A DNA stretch of 35,771 nucleotides from a virus (IMGVR_UViG_2897328257_000002), one strand, 5' to 3'. Shown: positions 1 through 9,188, counted from the stretch's first letter. The notes: generated by a model not told the origin, from the letters alone. Made by a program: numbers and translations.

Positions 1-1044
1 TTAGCTGTTTGCTTCAAGGCTCGTTGCTTTAGTGGAAAGTGTGGCTAATGGATTGAAACGCAGTGCTGTTTCAAGGTGATCAGGGGCAAGATGTGCATAG
101 CGCATAGTCATTTTTATATCGTGGTGGCCCAGGATTTTTTGCAAAGCAAGAATGTTCCCGCCGGACATCATAAAATGTGCTGCGAACGTATGGCGTAGAA
201 CGTGGGTAAGTTGCCCGCGTGGTAGTACGATCGAGGTTCTATCCATCACGGCTAAAAACTGGAAGTAGCAGTCAGTAAATAATTTGAAGCCGTCTAGGGC
301 AACAATTTCCTCATACAGCTCTTTGCTGATCGGAATGCTGCGGTTTTTTTTGCCCTTAGTTCTGACAAATGTGATTCGGTATTTCGTGACCTGAGAACGT
401 GTCAGGTTCACAGCTTCGCGCCAACGTGCTCCGGTGCTCAAGCAGATTTTGACGACAAGAGCGAGCAGGGGGCTTTGGCGTTGACAGTCGAACAGAAGCT
501 CTGTGATTTGTTCATGTGTCAGCCAGGCCATTTCTTTTTCGGCAATGGTGAATTTACGCATGTTCTCCAGTGGATTTGGTGCTGTCCATTCACCGAGGCG
601 GGCTAACTCGCTAAAGACCCCACTCAGATAGCTTTGCTCCAGATTGATAGTTACCGGGCTGGCTCCTTTCTTCCATTTTTCGCTGAAGTAGATTTCACCC
701 GTCAGGCGCTTATCGCGATAGTGCGCGAACATTTTGGATGTTAGATCGGTGGCGAGGGGATTTCCGAGAGCATCGACCATCAGTATCAACTTGTCGTAAA
801 CATGCTCGCCAGCGGTCAGGGATTTGCCGTGCAGTTTGAACCAGAGTTCAACGATATCCTGTAGAGTTCGACGGTCTACCGATTCACCAAGCCAAGGCTT
901 AGCTTCTGCCTCCTCCATCGTGTGACGCTCAAAAGCTAATGCTTCGCCTTTGGTAGCGAACTGTTTACGCACGCGACGCCCGCTGCGTCCGGCGGGGTAA
1001 CATTCGCAAAGCCATTTCCCTGTGGTTAGTTTTCGTACTGCCAT
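1..1044 (-). CDS. int: Tyrosine integrase (P2/186-type phage integrase)
   Basis: Minus-strand ORF ending at TAA (1..3). First ATG is at 1042..1044 (product MAVRKLTTGKW...), so the 6-frame ORF 1..1200 is a 5' over-extension. C-terminal region LRHTFAAHFMMSGGNILALQKILGHHDIKMTMRYAHL fits the tyrosine recombinase catalytic core. Position at the prophage end next to the repressor gene. Confidence 0.9.
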   Translation of the reverse strand: MAVRKLTTGKWLCECYPAGRSGRRVRKQFATKGEALAFERHTMEEAEAKPWLGESVDRRTLQDIVELWFKLHGKSLTAGEHVYDKLILMVDALGNPLATDLTSKMFAHYRDKRLTGEIYFSEKWKKGASPVTINLEQSYLSGVFSELARLGEWTAPNPLENMRKFTIAEKEMAWLTHEQITELLFDCQRQSPLLALVVKICLSTGARWREAVNLTRSQVTKYRITFVRTKGKKNRSIPISKELYEEIVALDGFKLFTDCYFQFLAVMDRTSIVLPRGQLTHVLRHTFAAHFMMSGGNILALQKILGHHDIKMTMRYAHLAPDHLETALRFNPLATLSTKATSLEANS

Positions 1045-1232
1045 AAAAAATGCCCTCCAGTAGAGAGCATTTTCACTGTATGTATAACCAGTGTCAATGT
1101 ATGAAATCCTACGACCATACATCTCACTGAAGCCATAATTAAGTTGGCTATTCTTTTTGCTATGTGAGCATGTAATTTTTGCGGTTAACCTGCGGCTCAT
1201 TTTTATTTTAGGCGCAGATATAAAAGCAAAAG

Positions 1233-1424
1233 TTATCGTGAGTTTTTAGTACAGATTTTTTTGGATTTACTAATAGTTCCATCATTGCAAACAAATTTGC
1301 CATCTGAGGTACAGTGAGAAACACCTCCCTTTTTCCCTGAACAGGGATAATTTCTAGCATAGGTAGTTAGTGGGTTTAATAACAAAGAACATGACAAAAC
1401 CACAAAAAATACCTTACCAAGCAT
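1233..1424 (-). CDS. Small secreted cysteine-rich protein (signal peptide plus ~40 aa Lys/Cys-rich mature peptide), unknown function
   Basis: ATG at 1422..1424 preceded by GGAGG (1431..1435) with 6 nt spacing. N-terminus [23 protein letters not shown] looks like a Sec signal peptide; the mature part has 4 Cys and many Lys. Lies 17 bp downstream of the cI stop on the same strand; locally AT-rich. Confidence 0.5.
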   Translation of the reverse strand: MLGKVFFVVLSCSLLLNPLTTYARNYPCSGKKGGVSHCTSDGKFVCNDGTISKSKKICTKNSR

Positions 1425-1440
1425 AGTTTTCCTCCCGGTA

Positions 1441-2010
1441 CTATTTAACATACTTGACTGTTAAACTTATAATTTTACCAATTATTTCAATGTCTTCTAT
1501 CTTGCATTCGAAGGCTCTGTTTCCACCCTCGACGAAGATTCTTCCACCGGGTAAACGAGTAATGTCACGGATCGTTATTTCGCCATCAATACTTATTACC
1601 CATTTACCATCACGTATATCATCAAATTCCTTATCACAAATAAATTCAGAATTATTATCTGTGATTGCAAAAAGATTCTTGAATGCCGACGGTAGAAATT
1701 CCCTATCGAAAATATAAAAACCGTCTTCACACAAGGCCCCATCAGATAATACATATTTAGCAACTTCCATAGTATTTGTATTTGCTGATGCTTGCTTTGA
1801 ACCATGCCCTGTTGTTAGCCAATTAAGCGAGGTGCCCGTTTCAAGGGCGCACTGGATTACCCAATCTGCTGGAAAAATATCACGCATATAGCGCGTTGCC
1901 ATGGTGCTCTTAGAAACACCTAAATGATCACAGAGAGCCTGACGGGTACCGAACCCATATGCTTCAACTAAACGTTCTATGGCTTTCTTACCGCCGCTAT
2001 TGAAATCCAC
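1441..2010 (-). CDS. cI: CI-type immunity repressor (186-like, HTH N-terminal domain plus C-terminal domain)
   Basis: ORF 1441..2097 has no in-frame ATG near its 5' end. HTH-like segment [23 protein letters not shown]. Probable GTG start at 2008..2010 behind GGAGGA (2013..2018); the start could lie as far upstream as 2097. TAG stop at 1441..1443. Divergent from the apl-like gene. Confidence 0.7.
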   Translation of the reverse strand: MDFNSGGKKAIERLVEAYGFGTRQALCDHLGVSKSTMATRYMRDIFPADWVIQCALETGTSLNWLTTGHGSKQASANTNTMEVAKYVLSDGALCEDGFYIFDREFLPSAFKNLFAITDNNSEFICDKEFDDIRDGKWVISIDGEITIRDITRLPGGRIFVEGGNRAFECKIEDIEIIGKIISLTVKYVK

Positions 2011-2155
2011 AAGTCCTCCAAAGAAATCCAAAATTCGTTGACAGATTCCAAAAGCGATCTTAAAGTTGAACCAGAAGTGTTCTTTTGGAGCCTTCACTAC
2101 TAATCACGACAAACAACGGCTCGCCACAAGCCATATCTAGAAGGAATGTTGCCTT
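2011..2155. promoter_or_regulatory. Lysis/lysogeny switch region between divergent cI and apl genes (promoters and operators expected, not resolved)
   Basis: Intergenic segment between the oppositely oriented repressor and Apl/Cox-like genes. Individual promoter or operator sites were not mapped. Confidence 0.4.
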
Positions 2156-2359
2156 ATGACACCTAACATTTCAATTACTCTGAATACACCACATGTCACA
2201 ATCGAACGTTATAGCGAACTGACTGGCCTTTCTATTGATACGATTAACGACATGTTGGCTGATGGCCGACTACCTCGTCATCGTCTTCGTAAAGACAAAA
2301 AACGTGAAAAGGTAATGATTAACCTGGCTGCTCTGACTGTTGATGCTTTGTCTGCTTAA
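2156..2359 (+). CDS. apl: Apl/Cox-like small HTH regulator (excisionase / lytic-switch protein)
   Basis: ATG at 2156; 67 aa with HTH-like segment [24 protein letters not shown]. First gene of the rightward early operon, divergent from cI. Confidence 0.7.
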   Translation: MTPNISITLNTPHVTIERYSELTGLSIDTINDMLADGRLPRHRLRKDKKREKVMINLAALTVDALSA

Positions 2360-2423
2360 TAGACGTCTATTTTCGCAATAAGACGCTGAGTTCGATTTTG
2401 CGATAAGTTCGGAGTTGAAAACC

Positions 2424-2933
2424 ATGTTTGATTACCAAGTTTCCAAACATCCACATTTTGATGAAGCCTGTCGTGCATTCGCACTGCGCCACAATCTGGT
2501 GCAACTGGCAGAACGTGCAGGCATGAATGTGCAGATTCTGCGGAACAAACTGAACCCAGCTCAACCTCATTTATTAACCGCACCAGAAATTTGGTTGCTT
2601 ACCGATCTGACTGAAGATTCAACGCTGGTAGATGGTTTTCTGGCACAGATTCACTGCCTGCCATGTGTACCGATTAATGAGGTAGCAAAAGAGAAACTGC
2701 CGCATTACGTCATGAGTGCAACTGCAGAGATAGGACGTGTCGCGGCAGGTGCGGTTTCTGGCGATGTAAAAACCAGTGCAGGCCGTCGTGATGCGATCAG
2801 CAGCATTAACTCTGTTACACGACTGATGGCGCTGGCTGCTGTTTCATTGCAGGCCCGTTTACAGGCTAATCCTGCGATGGCGAGTGCAGTTGATACCATG
2901 ACTGGTCTTGGTGCTTCATTCGGTTTGCTGTGA
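2424..2933 (+). CDS. cII: CII-like early regulatory protein (phage 186 CII family)
   Basis: ATG at 2424 with GGAG 9 nt upstream; 169 aa beginning [24 protein letters not shown], recalled as 186 CII-like. Position immediately after apl. Confidence 0.75.
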   Translation: MFDYQVSKHPHFDEACRAFALRHNLVQLAERAGMNVQILRNKLNPAQPHLLTAPEIWLLTDLTEDSTLVDGFLAQIHCLPCVPINEVAKEKLPHYVMSATAEIGRVAAGAVSGDVKTSAGRRDAISSINSVTRLMALAAVSLQARLQANPAMASAVDTMTGLGASFGLL

Positions 2934-2940
2934 GGTGCTT

Positions 2941-3237
2941 ATGCTTACGAAAGAACCATCATTTGCATCGCTGCTGGTAAAACAAAGTCCGGCAATGCAC
3001 TACGGTCACGGCTGGATCACGGGTGAGGATGGAAAACGCTGGCATCCATGTCATTCACAAGATGAATTGCTGTCTGAATTGACCACGAGGAAACGGAGAA
3101 AGTCCAAATGTATGCGGCAGAAAGTGAAGTGGTTTATCAGTTTCGTTACAGAGGGGAGAGTTATTCAGTACCTGAAGATGATTTGCTCTGTTGCTATCCG
3201 TCATTGTCGGGCGATGGCAGTTACTTTTTCACGTTAA
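2941..3237 (+). CDS. Hypothetical early protein
   Basis: ATG at 2941 just after the cII stop (GAGGTG upstream); 98 aa. The 3' third overlaps the next ORF in another frame and looks non-protein-like, so the true stop is uncertain. Confidence 0.45.
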   Translation: MLTKEPSFASLLVKQSPAMHYGHGWITGEDGKRWHPCHSQDELLSELTTRKRRKSKCMRQKVKWFISFVTEGRVIQYLKMICSVAIRHCRAMAVTFSR

Positions 3238-3332
3238 AGGATGGGACGTTTTTACGGGGAGAGCAGGTTAAAGAGACGATACGAAAAAATGTATCTCCTC
3301 TTGAGCGTTACCGTAAGAACAAAGAACGATAG
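3108..3332 (+). CDS. Hypothetical early protein
   Basis: ATG at 3108 with GGAG 9 nt upstream; 74 aa (MYAAESEVVYQFRYRGESYSVPEDD...). Overlaps the previous ORF by about 130 nt in a different frame. Confidence 0.5.
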   Translation: MYAAESEVVYQFRYRGESYSVPEDDLLCCYPSLSGDGSYFFTLKDGTFLRGEQVKETIRKNVSPLERYRKNKER

Positions 3333-3354
3333 CTGCGTTTGGGGGATATGAAGT

Positions 3355-3696
3355 ATGGCAATTAATGGCGCTGCAGCAACTGTTCCATTAAGCCCCGGTG
3401 AACGCCTGAATGGACTTAATCACATTGCGGAGTTAAGGGCGAAAGTTTTTGGCCTGAATATTGAGTCAGAGCTTGAGCGGTTTATTAAAGATATGCGTGA
3501 TCCACGGGATATCAATAATGAACAAAATAAACGGGCACTGGCTGCCATATTCTTTATGGCAAAAATTCCAGCTGAACGTCATAGCATCAGCATTAATGAG
3601 CTGACCACTGACGAAAAGCGGGAGCTGATTAAAGCAATGAATCATTTTCGTGCAGTGGTGAGCTTATTTCCCAGACGGCTAACCATGCCGAATTAA
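3355..3696 (+). CDS. Hypothetical early protein (113 aa)
   Basis: ATG at 3355, G-rich RBS upstream; same strand and spacing as the early operon. Confidence 0.6.
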   Translation: MAINGAAATVPLSPGERLNGLNHIAELRAKVFGLNIESELERFIKDMRDPRDINNEQNKRALAAIFFMAKIPAERHSISINELTTDEKRELIKAMNHFRAVVSLFPRRLTMPN

Positions 3697-3763
3697 CCAA
3701 CTAATGAAATTAATGGCGTAAACCCGCCGGGCATCCCTTTATCTAAATTCAGGAGAATTGATT

Positions 3764-3997
3764 ATGCGTAATATTGAAACCCTCACGACTAAAACCGGAC
3801 CGGATGACGCAGGGCTTAATATTTTACTGACAGAGGCTCGTCTGGAAGAACGCCGGGCAAGGGCAGAAGCAATGGCAGCTCGCCTTGATAGCCTGGCGTG
3901 TCATATCACATCCCGCCAGCTAAACCACGTCGAAGCGGCAGAACTACTGCGTGTAACTGCTGAAGCAATCCAGAACGAAGCGCAGGAGATCCACTAA
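3764..3997 (+). CDS. Hypothetical early protein (77 aa)
   Basis: ATG at 3764 with AGGAG (3751..3755) 8 nt upstream; stop overlaps the start of the next gene. Confidence 0.55.
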   Translation: MRNIETLTTKTGPDDAGLNILLTEARLEERRARAEAMAARLDSLACHITSRQLNHVEAAELLRVTAEAIQNEAQEIH

Positions 3998-4224
3998 TGG
4001 CTGATGCAATGGATCTCGTACAGCAGCGCGTTGAAGAAGAACGCCAGCGCCATATTCGTGCTGCCCGTGCCAAAACACCGGGCGTGTCTCGCGTGCTTTG
4101 TATTGAATGTGAAGCGCCAATTCCGCCAGCACGACGCCGCGCCATTCCGGGAGTGCAGCTTTGCATTACCTGCCAGGAAATCGCAGAGCTGAAAGGCAAA
4201 CATTACAACGGAGGTGCTGTATGA
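3997..4224 (+). CDS. TraR/DksA-family C4 zinc-finger protein
   Basis: 75 aa with CIECEAPIP...(17 aa)...CITCQE, a four-cysteine finger at the C-terminus typical of phage TraR/DksA-like proteins. Stop overlaps the Dam start (ATGA). Confidence 0.75.
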   Translation: MADAMDLVQQRVEEERQRHIRAARAKTPGVSRVLCIECEAPIPPARRRAIPGVQLCITCQEIAELKGKHYNGGAV

Positions 4225-5078
4225 GCACCATCCTGAAATGGGCGGGAAATAAAACCGCCATTATGTCCGAACTGAAAAAACACCTTCCTGCTGGCCCGCG
4301 ACTGGTTGAACCTTTCGCGGGTTCCTGTGCTGTGATGATGGAGACGGATTACCCCAGCTATCTGGTTGCGGATATTAATCCTGATTTAATCAACCTCTAT
4401 AAAAAGGTTGCCGCTGATTGTGAATCGTTTATATCTCGCGCCAGAGTTTTATTTGAGATCGCAAACAGGGAGGTGGCTTATTACAACATAAGGCAGGAGT
4501 TTAATTACTCCACTGAAATTACTGATTTCATGAAAGCGGTATATTTCCTGTATCTCAATCGTCACGGTTACCGTGGTTTATGTCGCTATAACAAGAGCGG
4601 GCATTTCAACATTCCCTACGGTAATTATAAAAATCCGTATTTCCCTGAAAAAGAAATTCGCGCATTTGCAGAAAAGGCCCAGCGAGCAACGTTTATCTGC
4701 GCCAGCTTTGATGAAACGCAGGCGATGTTGAAGGCGGGGGATGTGGTGTATTGCGATCCGCCGTATGACGGTACGTTTTCCGGCTATCACACTGACGGCT
4801 TCACTGAAGATGACCAGTATCACCTGGCATCTGTTCTTGAACATCGGTCATCAGAAGGACATCCGGTCATTGTTTCTAACAGTGACACATCCCTGATCCG
4901 TTCGCTGTATCGCAATTTTACTCACCACTACATCAAGGCAAAACGCAGCATCGGTGTGGCAGCTGGCGAGGGTAAATCAGCAACAGAAATCATTGCTGTT
5001 TCCGGGCCGCGCTGCTGGGTGGGATTTGATTATTCGCGTGGCGTGGATAGTTCTGCCGTGTACGGAGTACGTGCATGA
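4221..5078 (+). CDS. DNA adenine (N6) methyltransferase, Dam/D12 class
   Basis: ATG at 4221 behind GGAGG (4211..4215). N-terminus [35 protein letters not shown] (AdoMet-binding FxGxG-like motif) and catalytic DPPY (CDPPYDG). Stop overlaps the gene A start. Confidence 0.85.
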   Translation: MSTILKWAGNKTAIMSELKKHLPAGPRLVEPFAGSCAVMMETDYPSYLVADINPDLINLYKKVAADCESFISRARVLFEIANREVAYYNIRQEFNYSTEITDFMKAVYFLYLNRHGYRGLCRYNKSGHFNIPYGNYKNPYFPEKEIRAFAEKAQRATFICASFDETQAMLKAGDVVYCDPPYDGTFSGYHTDGFTEDDQYHLASVLEHRSSEGHPVIVSNSDTSLIRSLYRNFTHHYIKAKRSIGVAAGEGKSATEIIAVSGPRCWVGFDYSRGVDSSAVYGVRA

Positions 5079-7489
5079 GTCATGCCGATATGAACAACTG
5101 CTGCGGCTTTAACGAAGCTGCCGCATCGTTCTCATGGAACAGCCCGAAAAAGGCCATTAACCCTTATCTGGACCCGGTGGAAGTTGCGCCGGTTTCTACG
5201 CTTTCAAACCTGATCACTCTGTACGCTGCCGATAACGAGCAGGAACAGCTGCGCCGTGAGGCGCTGAGTGATCAGGTCTGGGAGCGTTATTTCTTTAATG
5301 AATCCCGTGATCCTGTCCAGCGCGAAATGGAACAGGATAAGCTCATTAGTCGGGCAAAGCTGGCGCATGAGCAGCAGCGTTTTAATCCGGATATGGTCAT
5401 TCTGGCGGACGTCAACGCCCAGCCTTCCCATATCAGCAAGCCGCTGATGCAACGTATTGAATACTTCAGCAGCCTTGGCAGGCCAAAGGCTTATTCCCGC
5501 TATTTACGTGAGACGATTAAGCCATGTCTGGAACGACTGGAGCATGTACGCGACAGTCAGCTATCTGCATCTTTTCGCTTTATGGCAAGCCATGAAGGGC
5601 TGGACGGCCTGCTGATCCTGCCTGAAATGAGTCAGGATCAGGTGAAACGCCTGTCCACCCTGGTAGCTGCGCATATGAGTATGTGCCTTGATGCCGCTTG
5701 TGGCGATTTGTATGCCACCGATGACGTTAAGCCAGAAGAAATCCGCAATACATGGGAAAGGGTGGCAGCGGAAACCCTGCGTCTGGATGTAATCCCGCCT
5801 GCGTTTGAGCAACTCCGTCGGAAAAGAAACCGCCGTAAACCCGTGCCCTATGAACTCATTCCGGGTTCGCTGGCGCGTATGTTGTGCGCCGACTGGTGGT
5901 ACCGGAAATTATGGAAAATGCGTTGCGAATGGCGGGAAGAGCAGTTGCGTGCTGTCTGCCTTGTCAGCAAAAAAGCATCTCCCTATGTCAGCTATGAAGC
6001 CGTGTTGCATAAACGTGAGCAGCGCCGTAAGTCGCTGGAGTTTTTCCGTTCTCATGAACTGGTGAACGAAGACGGCGACACGCTGGACATGGAGGATGTG
6101 GTAAACGCCAGCAGCAGCAACCCTGCGCATCGCCGCAATGAGATGATGGCCTGTGTTAAAGGTCTGGAGCTTATCGCGGAAATGCGCGGTGACTGCGCCG
6201 TTTTCTACACCATCACCTGTCCGTCACGTTTCCATTCCACGCTAAATAACGGCAGGCCCAACCCGACCTGGACAAATGCGACGGTAAGACAAAGCAGCGA
6301 TTATCTGGTCGGTATGTTTGCTGCATTTCGTAAGGCGATGCACAAAGCCGGGTTGCGCTGGTATGGCGTGCGGGTGGCTGAGCCGCATCACGACGGCACA
6401 GTTCACTGGCACCTGTTGTGTTTCATGCGCAAAAAAGACCGCCGCGCCATTACTGCATTGTTGCGTAAGTTTGCTATCCGTGAAGACCGCGAGGAGCTGG
6501 GCAATAACACGGGGCCGCGCTTTAAGTCTGAGCTGATTAACCCGCGCAAAGGAACGCCGACAAGCTACATAGCGAAATACATCAGTAAGAACATTGACGG
6601 GCGTGGTCTGGCTGGCGAGATCAGCAAGGAAACGGGTAAATCTCTGCGTGATAACGCTGAATACGTGAACGCCTGGGCGTCTTTGCATCGTGTTCAGCAA
6701 TTCCGCTTCTTTGGCATTCCGGGGCGTCAGGCTTACCGTGAACTGCGATTGCTGGCTGGTCAGGCGGCAAGGCAACAGGGGGACAAAAAAGCAGGTGCGC
6801 CGGTACTGGATAACCCGCGCCTTGATGCCATCTTGGCTGCTGCTGATGCTGGTTGTTTTGCCACCTACATCATGAAGCAGGGCGGCGTACTGGTTCCCCG
6901 TAAATATCACCTCATCAGAACCGCTTATGAAATCAACGAAGAGCCGACCGCCTATGGCGATCACGGCATTCGTATTTATGGCATCTGGTCACCCATTGCA
7001 GAGGGCAAGATCTGCACTCATGCAGTGAAGTGGAAAATGGTTCGTAAAGCCGTTGACGTTCAGGAGGCGGCAGCCGACCAGGGCGCTTGCGCCCCTTGGA
7101 CTCGTGGCAATAACTGTCCCCTTGCTGAAAATTTGAACCAACAAGGGAAAGACAAATCAGCTGATGGGGATACCAGAACGGACATTACCCACATGGATGA
7201 CAAGGAGTTGCACGATTACCTGCACAGTATGAACAAAAAAGAGCGCCGGGAACTGGCTGCAAGGTTACGCCTGGTGAAACCGAAACGGCGTAGAGACTAC
7301 AAACAGCGAATTACAGACCATCAACGACAGCAGCTCGTCTATGAACTGAAGTCCAGAGGATTTGATGGCAGCGAGAAAGAGGTCGATTTACTCCTTCGCG
7401 GCGGCAGTATTCCGTCAGGAGCAGGCCTGCGTGTCTTCTATCGGAACCAGCGTTTGCAGGAAGATGATAAGTGGCGGAACCTGTATTAA
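5075..7489 (+). CDS. A: Replication initiation endonuclease (P2 gpA / 186 A family, rolling-circle HUH protein)
   Basis: 804 aa; HUH-like motif [10 protein letters not shown] and tyrosine-containing YIAKYISK segment; position and size match gene A of P2-like phages. Confidence 0.9.
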   Translation: MSHADMNNCCGFNEAAASFSWNSPKKAINPYLDPVEVAPVSTLSNLITLYAADNEQEQLRREALSDQVWERYFFNESRDPVQREMEQDKLISRAKLAHEQQRFNPDMVILADVNAQPSHISKPLMQRIEYFSSLGRPKAYSRYLRETIKPCLERLEHVRDSQLSASFRFMASHEGLDGLLILPEMSQDQVKRLSTLVAAHMSMCLDAACGDLYATDDVKPEEIRNTWERVAAETLRLDVIPPAFEQLRRKRNRRKPVPYELIPGSLARMLCADWWYRKLWKMRCEWREEQLRAVCLVSKKASPYVSYEAVLHKREQRRKSLEFFRSHELVNEDGDTLDMEDVVNASSSNPAHRRNEMMACVKGLELIAEMRGDCAVFYTITCPSRFHSTLNNGRPNPTWTNATVRQSSDYLVGMFAAFRKAMHKAGLRWYGVRVAEPHHDGTVHWHLLCFMRKKDRRAITALLRKFAIREDREELGNNTGPRFKSELINPRKGTPTSYIAKYISKNIDGRGLAGEISKETGKSLRDNAEYVNAWASLHRVQQFRFFGIPGRQAYRELRLLAGQAARQQGDKKAGAPVLDNPRLDAILAAADAGCFATYIMKQGGVLVPRKYHLIRTAYEINEEPTAYGDHGIRIYGIWSPIAEGKICTHAVKWKMVRKAVDVQEAAADQGACAPWTRGNNCPLAENLNQQGKDKSADGDTRTDITHMDDKELHDYLHSMNKKERRELAARLRLVKPKRRRDYKQRITDHQRQQLVYELKSRGFDGSEKEVDLLLRGGSIPSGAGLRVFYRNQRLQEDDKWRNLY

Positions 7490-7581
7490 TTACGCGGGTT
7501 AACAATTCGTGCTCTTAATAATACCAGGCATATCAGGCTGATGAACGTAAAAAAACGTTTTACATCAGTAAGATTATTATA

Positions 7582-7601
7582 TACTGTAAATATAAACAGT
7601 G
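7582..7601 (+). promoter_or_regulatory. LexA (SOS) box TACTGTAAATATAAACAGTG
   Basis: CTGT-N8-ACAG palindrome with an AT-rich spacer, close to consensus TACTGTATATATATACAGTA. Lies about 40 bp upstream of the RBS/ATG at 7643, with TTTACA (7559..7564) 17 bp upstream as a possible -35. Confidence 0.7.
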
Positions 7602-7642
7602 GTTATCTATACAGTATTGTTTGCGGTGTCATAGGAGGAAAG

Positions 7643-7831
7643 ATGCAGGACTATTTTTTGGAGTCTTTGAAGCTCCAGCGCATTGATTTTTTTCTTAAGC
7701 TTGTAGCGGCTAGTGAGTGTAGTGATGAAGAGAAGGGGCTGGCCCTGCAGTGGGTTTCTGAATTGACTGATGAACTCATGGCAAAAATCAGAAGCCACGA
7801 ATACAACCGCTCAATGGATGTCATCAGCTGA
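7643..7831 (+). CDS. Small hypothetical protein (62 aa) downstream of the LexA box; possible SOS-induced antirepressor-type factor
   Basis: ATG at 7643 with AGGAGG (7633..7638). First ORF after the SOS box. The antirepressor (Tum-like) function is inferred from position only. Confidence 0.45.
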   Translation: MQDYFLESLKLQRIDFFLKLVAASECSDEEKGLALQWVSELTDELMAKIRSHEYNRSMDVIS

Positions 7832-7841
7832 GGTGACTTTT

Positions 7842-8075
7842 ATGCGCATTGAAATAATGATCGATAAAGAGCAGAAGATTAGCCAGTCTACCCTTGACGC
7901 TCTGGAGTCCGAGCTTTACCGCAACCTGCAACCCATCTATCCCAAGACCGCTATCCGCATCCGTAAAGGGTCGGCAAACGGCGTTGAGCTGAGTGGCTTA
8001 AAGCTTGATGAAGACAAAAAGCGGGTGATGGAAATTATGAAACAGGTTTGGGAAGACGACAGCTGGCTGCACTAA
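7842..8075 (+). CDS. dinI: DinI-family protein (DinI/MsgA-like)
   Basis: 77 aa, MRIEIMIDKEQKISQSTLDALESELYRNL...RVMEIMKQVWEDDSWLH. Aligns along its length with E. coli DinI (MRIEVTIAKT...ALAGELSRR...KQRISEILQETWESADDWF). GAGGTG RBS before the ATG at 7842. Confidence 0.8.
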   Translation: MRIEIMIDKEQKISQSTLDALESELYRNLQPIYPKTAIRIRKGSANGVELSGLKLDEDKKRVMEIMKQVWEDDSWLH

Positions 8076-8193
8076 GGAACGTTCCTGATGTAAGAACTTG
8101 AATCTGACGTCAGCAAGGTTGAACAACGAGAGTAGCGAGGCGTTAGCCATGGGTAAAAAAGACAGTAATCACCAGATTATTTATCGGGGCTAG

Positions 8194-8409
8194 GTGCTGG
8201 AACGTTTAACCCTTGGCGACTGGGTCTTCTTTCAACGCCCAAAGGAGTGTGGCGGAGGTTTTTGGTTGGGCCGCATCTATGAAGACTGCTTCTGGCTTGA
8301 GCTGGAATTTCCCGTTTCGCTATATGACGGCCTGGGGTTTTTGATGGAAGTCACTAGGGTAGAGCAGAGAAGTGATGAGGTTGACGCGAATTATCCCCTG
8401 TTTGATTAA
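8194..8409 (+). CDS. Hypothetical protein (71 aa from GTG); possibly a nonsense-interrupted gene starting at ATG 8149
   Basis: ORF from GTG 8194. An in-frame ATG at 8149 (GAGG upstream) is separated from it only by a TAG at 8191..8193. Confidence 0.3.
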   Translation: MLERLTLGDWVFFQRPKECGGGFWLGRIYEDCFWLELEFPVSLYDGLGFLMEVTRVEQRSDEVDANYPLFD

Positions 8410-8457
8410 AAATGTATTAGCTTATAATGGAATACTATTTTTGCAGGTGGGGGCGCA

Positions 8458-9069
8458 ATGGATTTAGTCTTTAAAGTTCTGGCTTCGTTGGGTGGGGTGT
8501 CTTTTGTTGCATCTGGCATATTTGTTTGGATCGGGAAAGTTTATTTAGAAAGATATAAGTCGCGGCTAAACAAAGATATTGCTGAATTTCAATCACAACT
8601 GAGTGCAACTAATGAAAGAATAAAGGCTAAGTTAGACAATTCTGTTTATGTAACGAAAGCGTATTTTGATAAGGAGTTATCAGCATATAGTCTCATTTGG
8701 AATTCGATGTTTGAAACCAGAGAAAGCGTGCTTAAGCTGAGGCCTGCGCTGGATCATGTTGACCCCAACGAACCATTTGAAGAGAGAAAATTTAGAAGGT
8801 TGAAAGTTTTTTTTGATGCATTTAACACTTTTGTTACAAGTGTTGAATCTAACAAACCGTTCATCTCACCAGAGGTTTATATAATCTTGGACCGTTTCCG
8901 GAAGGAATGCCTTTCAGAGTCAATATCGTTTAAGCATAGCGATCCAGAATTTGACGGGCAAAATTATTGGAAAGAGGCGGAGTTGAACCGTACAACCATC
9001 ACCAAGCTTTTTGATGAGACGTGTGATGCAATTCGAGACAGGATGCACACATTAACTGTGGTTACGTAG
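8458..9069 (+). CDS. Membrane-anchored hypothetical protein (203 aa; one N-terminal TM helix, then a charged, partly coiled-coil domain)
   Basis: ATG at 8458. N-terminus LVFKVLASLGGVSFVASGIFVWIG is hydrophobic; no recognised motif. AT-rich cargo region; followed by a terminator. Confidence 0.6.
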   Translation: MDLVFKVLASLGGVSFVASGIFVWIGKVYLERYKSRLNKDIAEFQSQLSATNERIKAKLDNSVYVTKAYFDKELSAYSLIWNSMFETRESVLKLRPALDHVDPNEPFEERKFRRLKVFFDAFNTFVTSVESNKPFISPEVYIILDRFRKECLSESISFKHSDPEFDGQNYWKEAELNRTTITKLFDETCDAIRDRMHTLTVVT

Positions 9070-9160
9070 GTTTCCAAAAAGTCTCGATGCCCGCTTTGGA
9101 GATTGTGCATGTCTATGCCGCATGAATCCGCATGATCGTTTGAGGATCGTTTTAGCTGAG

Positions 9161-9188
9161 GCCCGCCAGGAGTGGCGGGCTTTTGCTT
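9161..9188 (+). terminator. Rho-independent terminator (GCCCGCC-AGGAGT-GGCGGGC followed by TTTTGCTT)
   Basis: Perfect 7-bp GC stem with 6-nt loop and 3' T-tract, about 90 bp downstream of the 8458..9069 gene. Confidence 0.6.

Noticed and set aside
1045-1200. N-terminal 52-codon extension of the integrase ORF in the 6-frame track (1..1200)
   Set aside because: The extension starts at a non-ATG codon and does not read like integrase sequence. The first ATG (1042..1044) gives the expected MAVRKLTTGKW... N-terminus.
6242-6964. 240-aa minus-strand ORF inside gene A, and similar long antisense ORFs inside P (13162..14241, plus) and T (29459..30247, minus)
   Set aside because: They lie fully within well-supported genes on the opposite strand in GC-rich sequence, have no RBS or recognisable motifs, and their translations are Arg/Ala/Ser-rich, typical of antisense artefacts.
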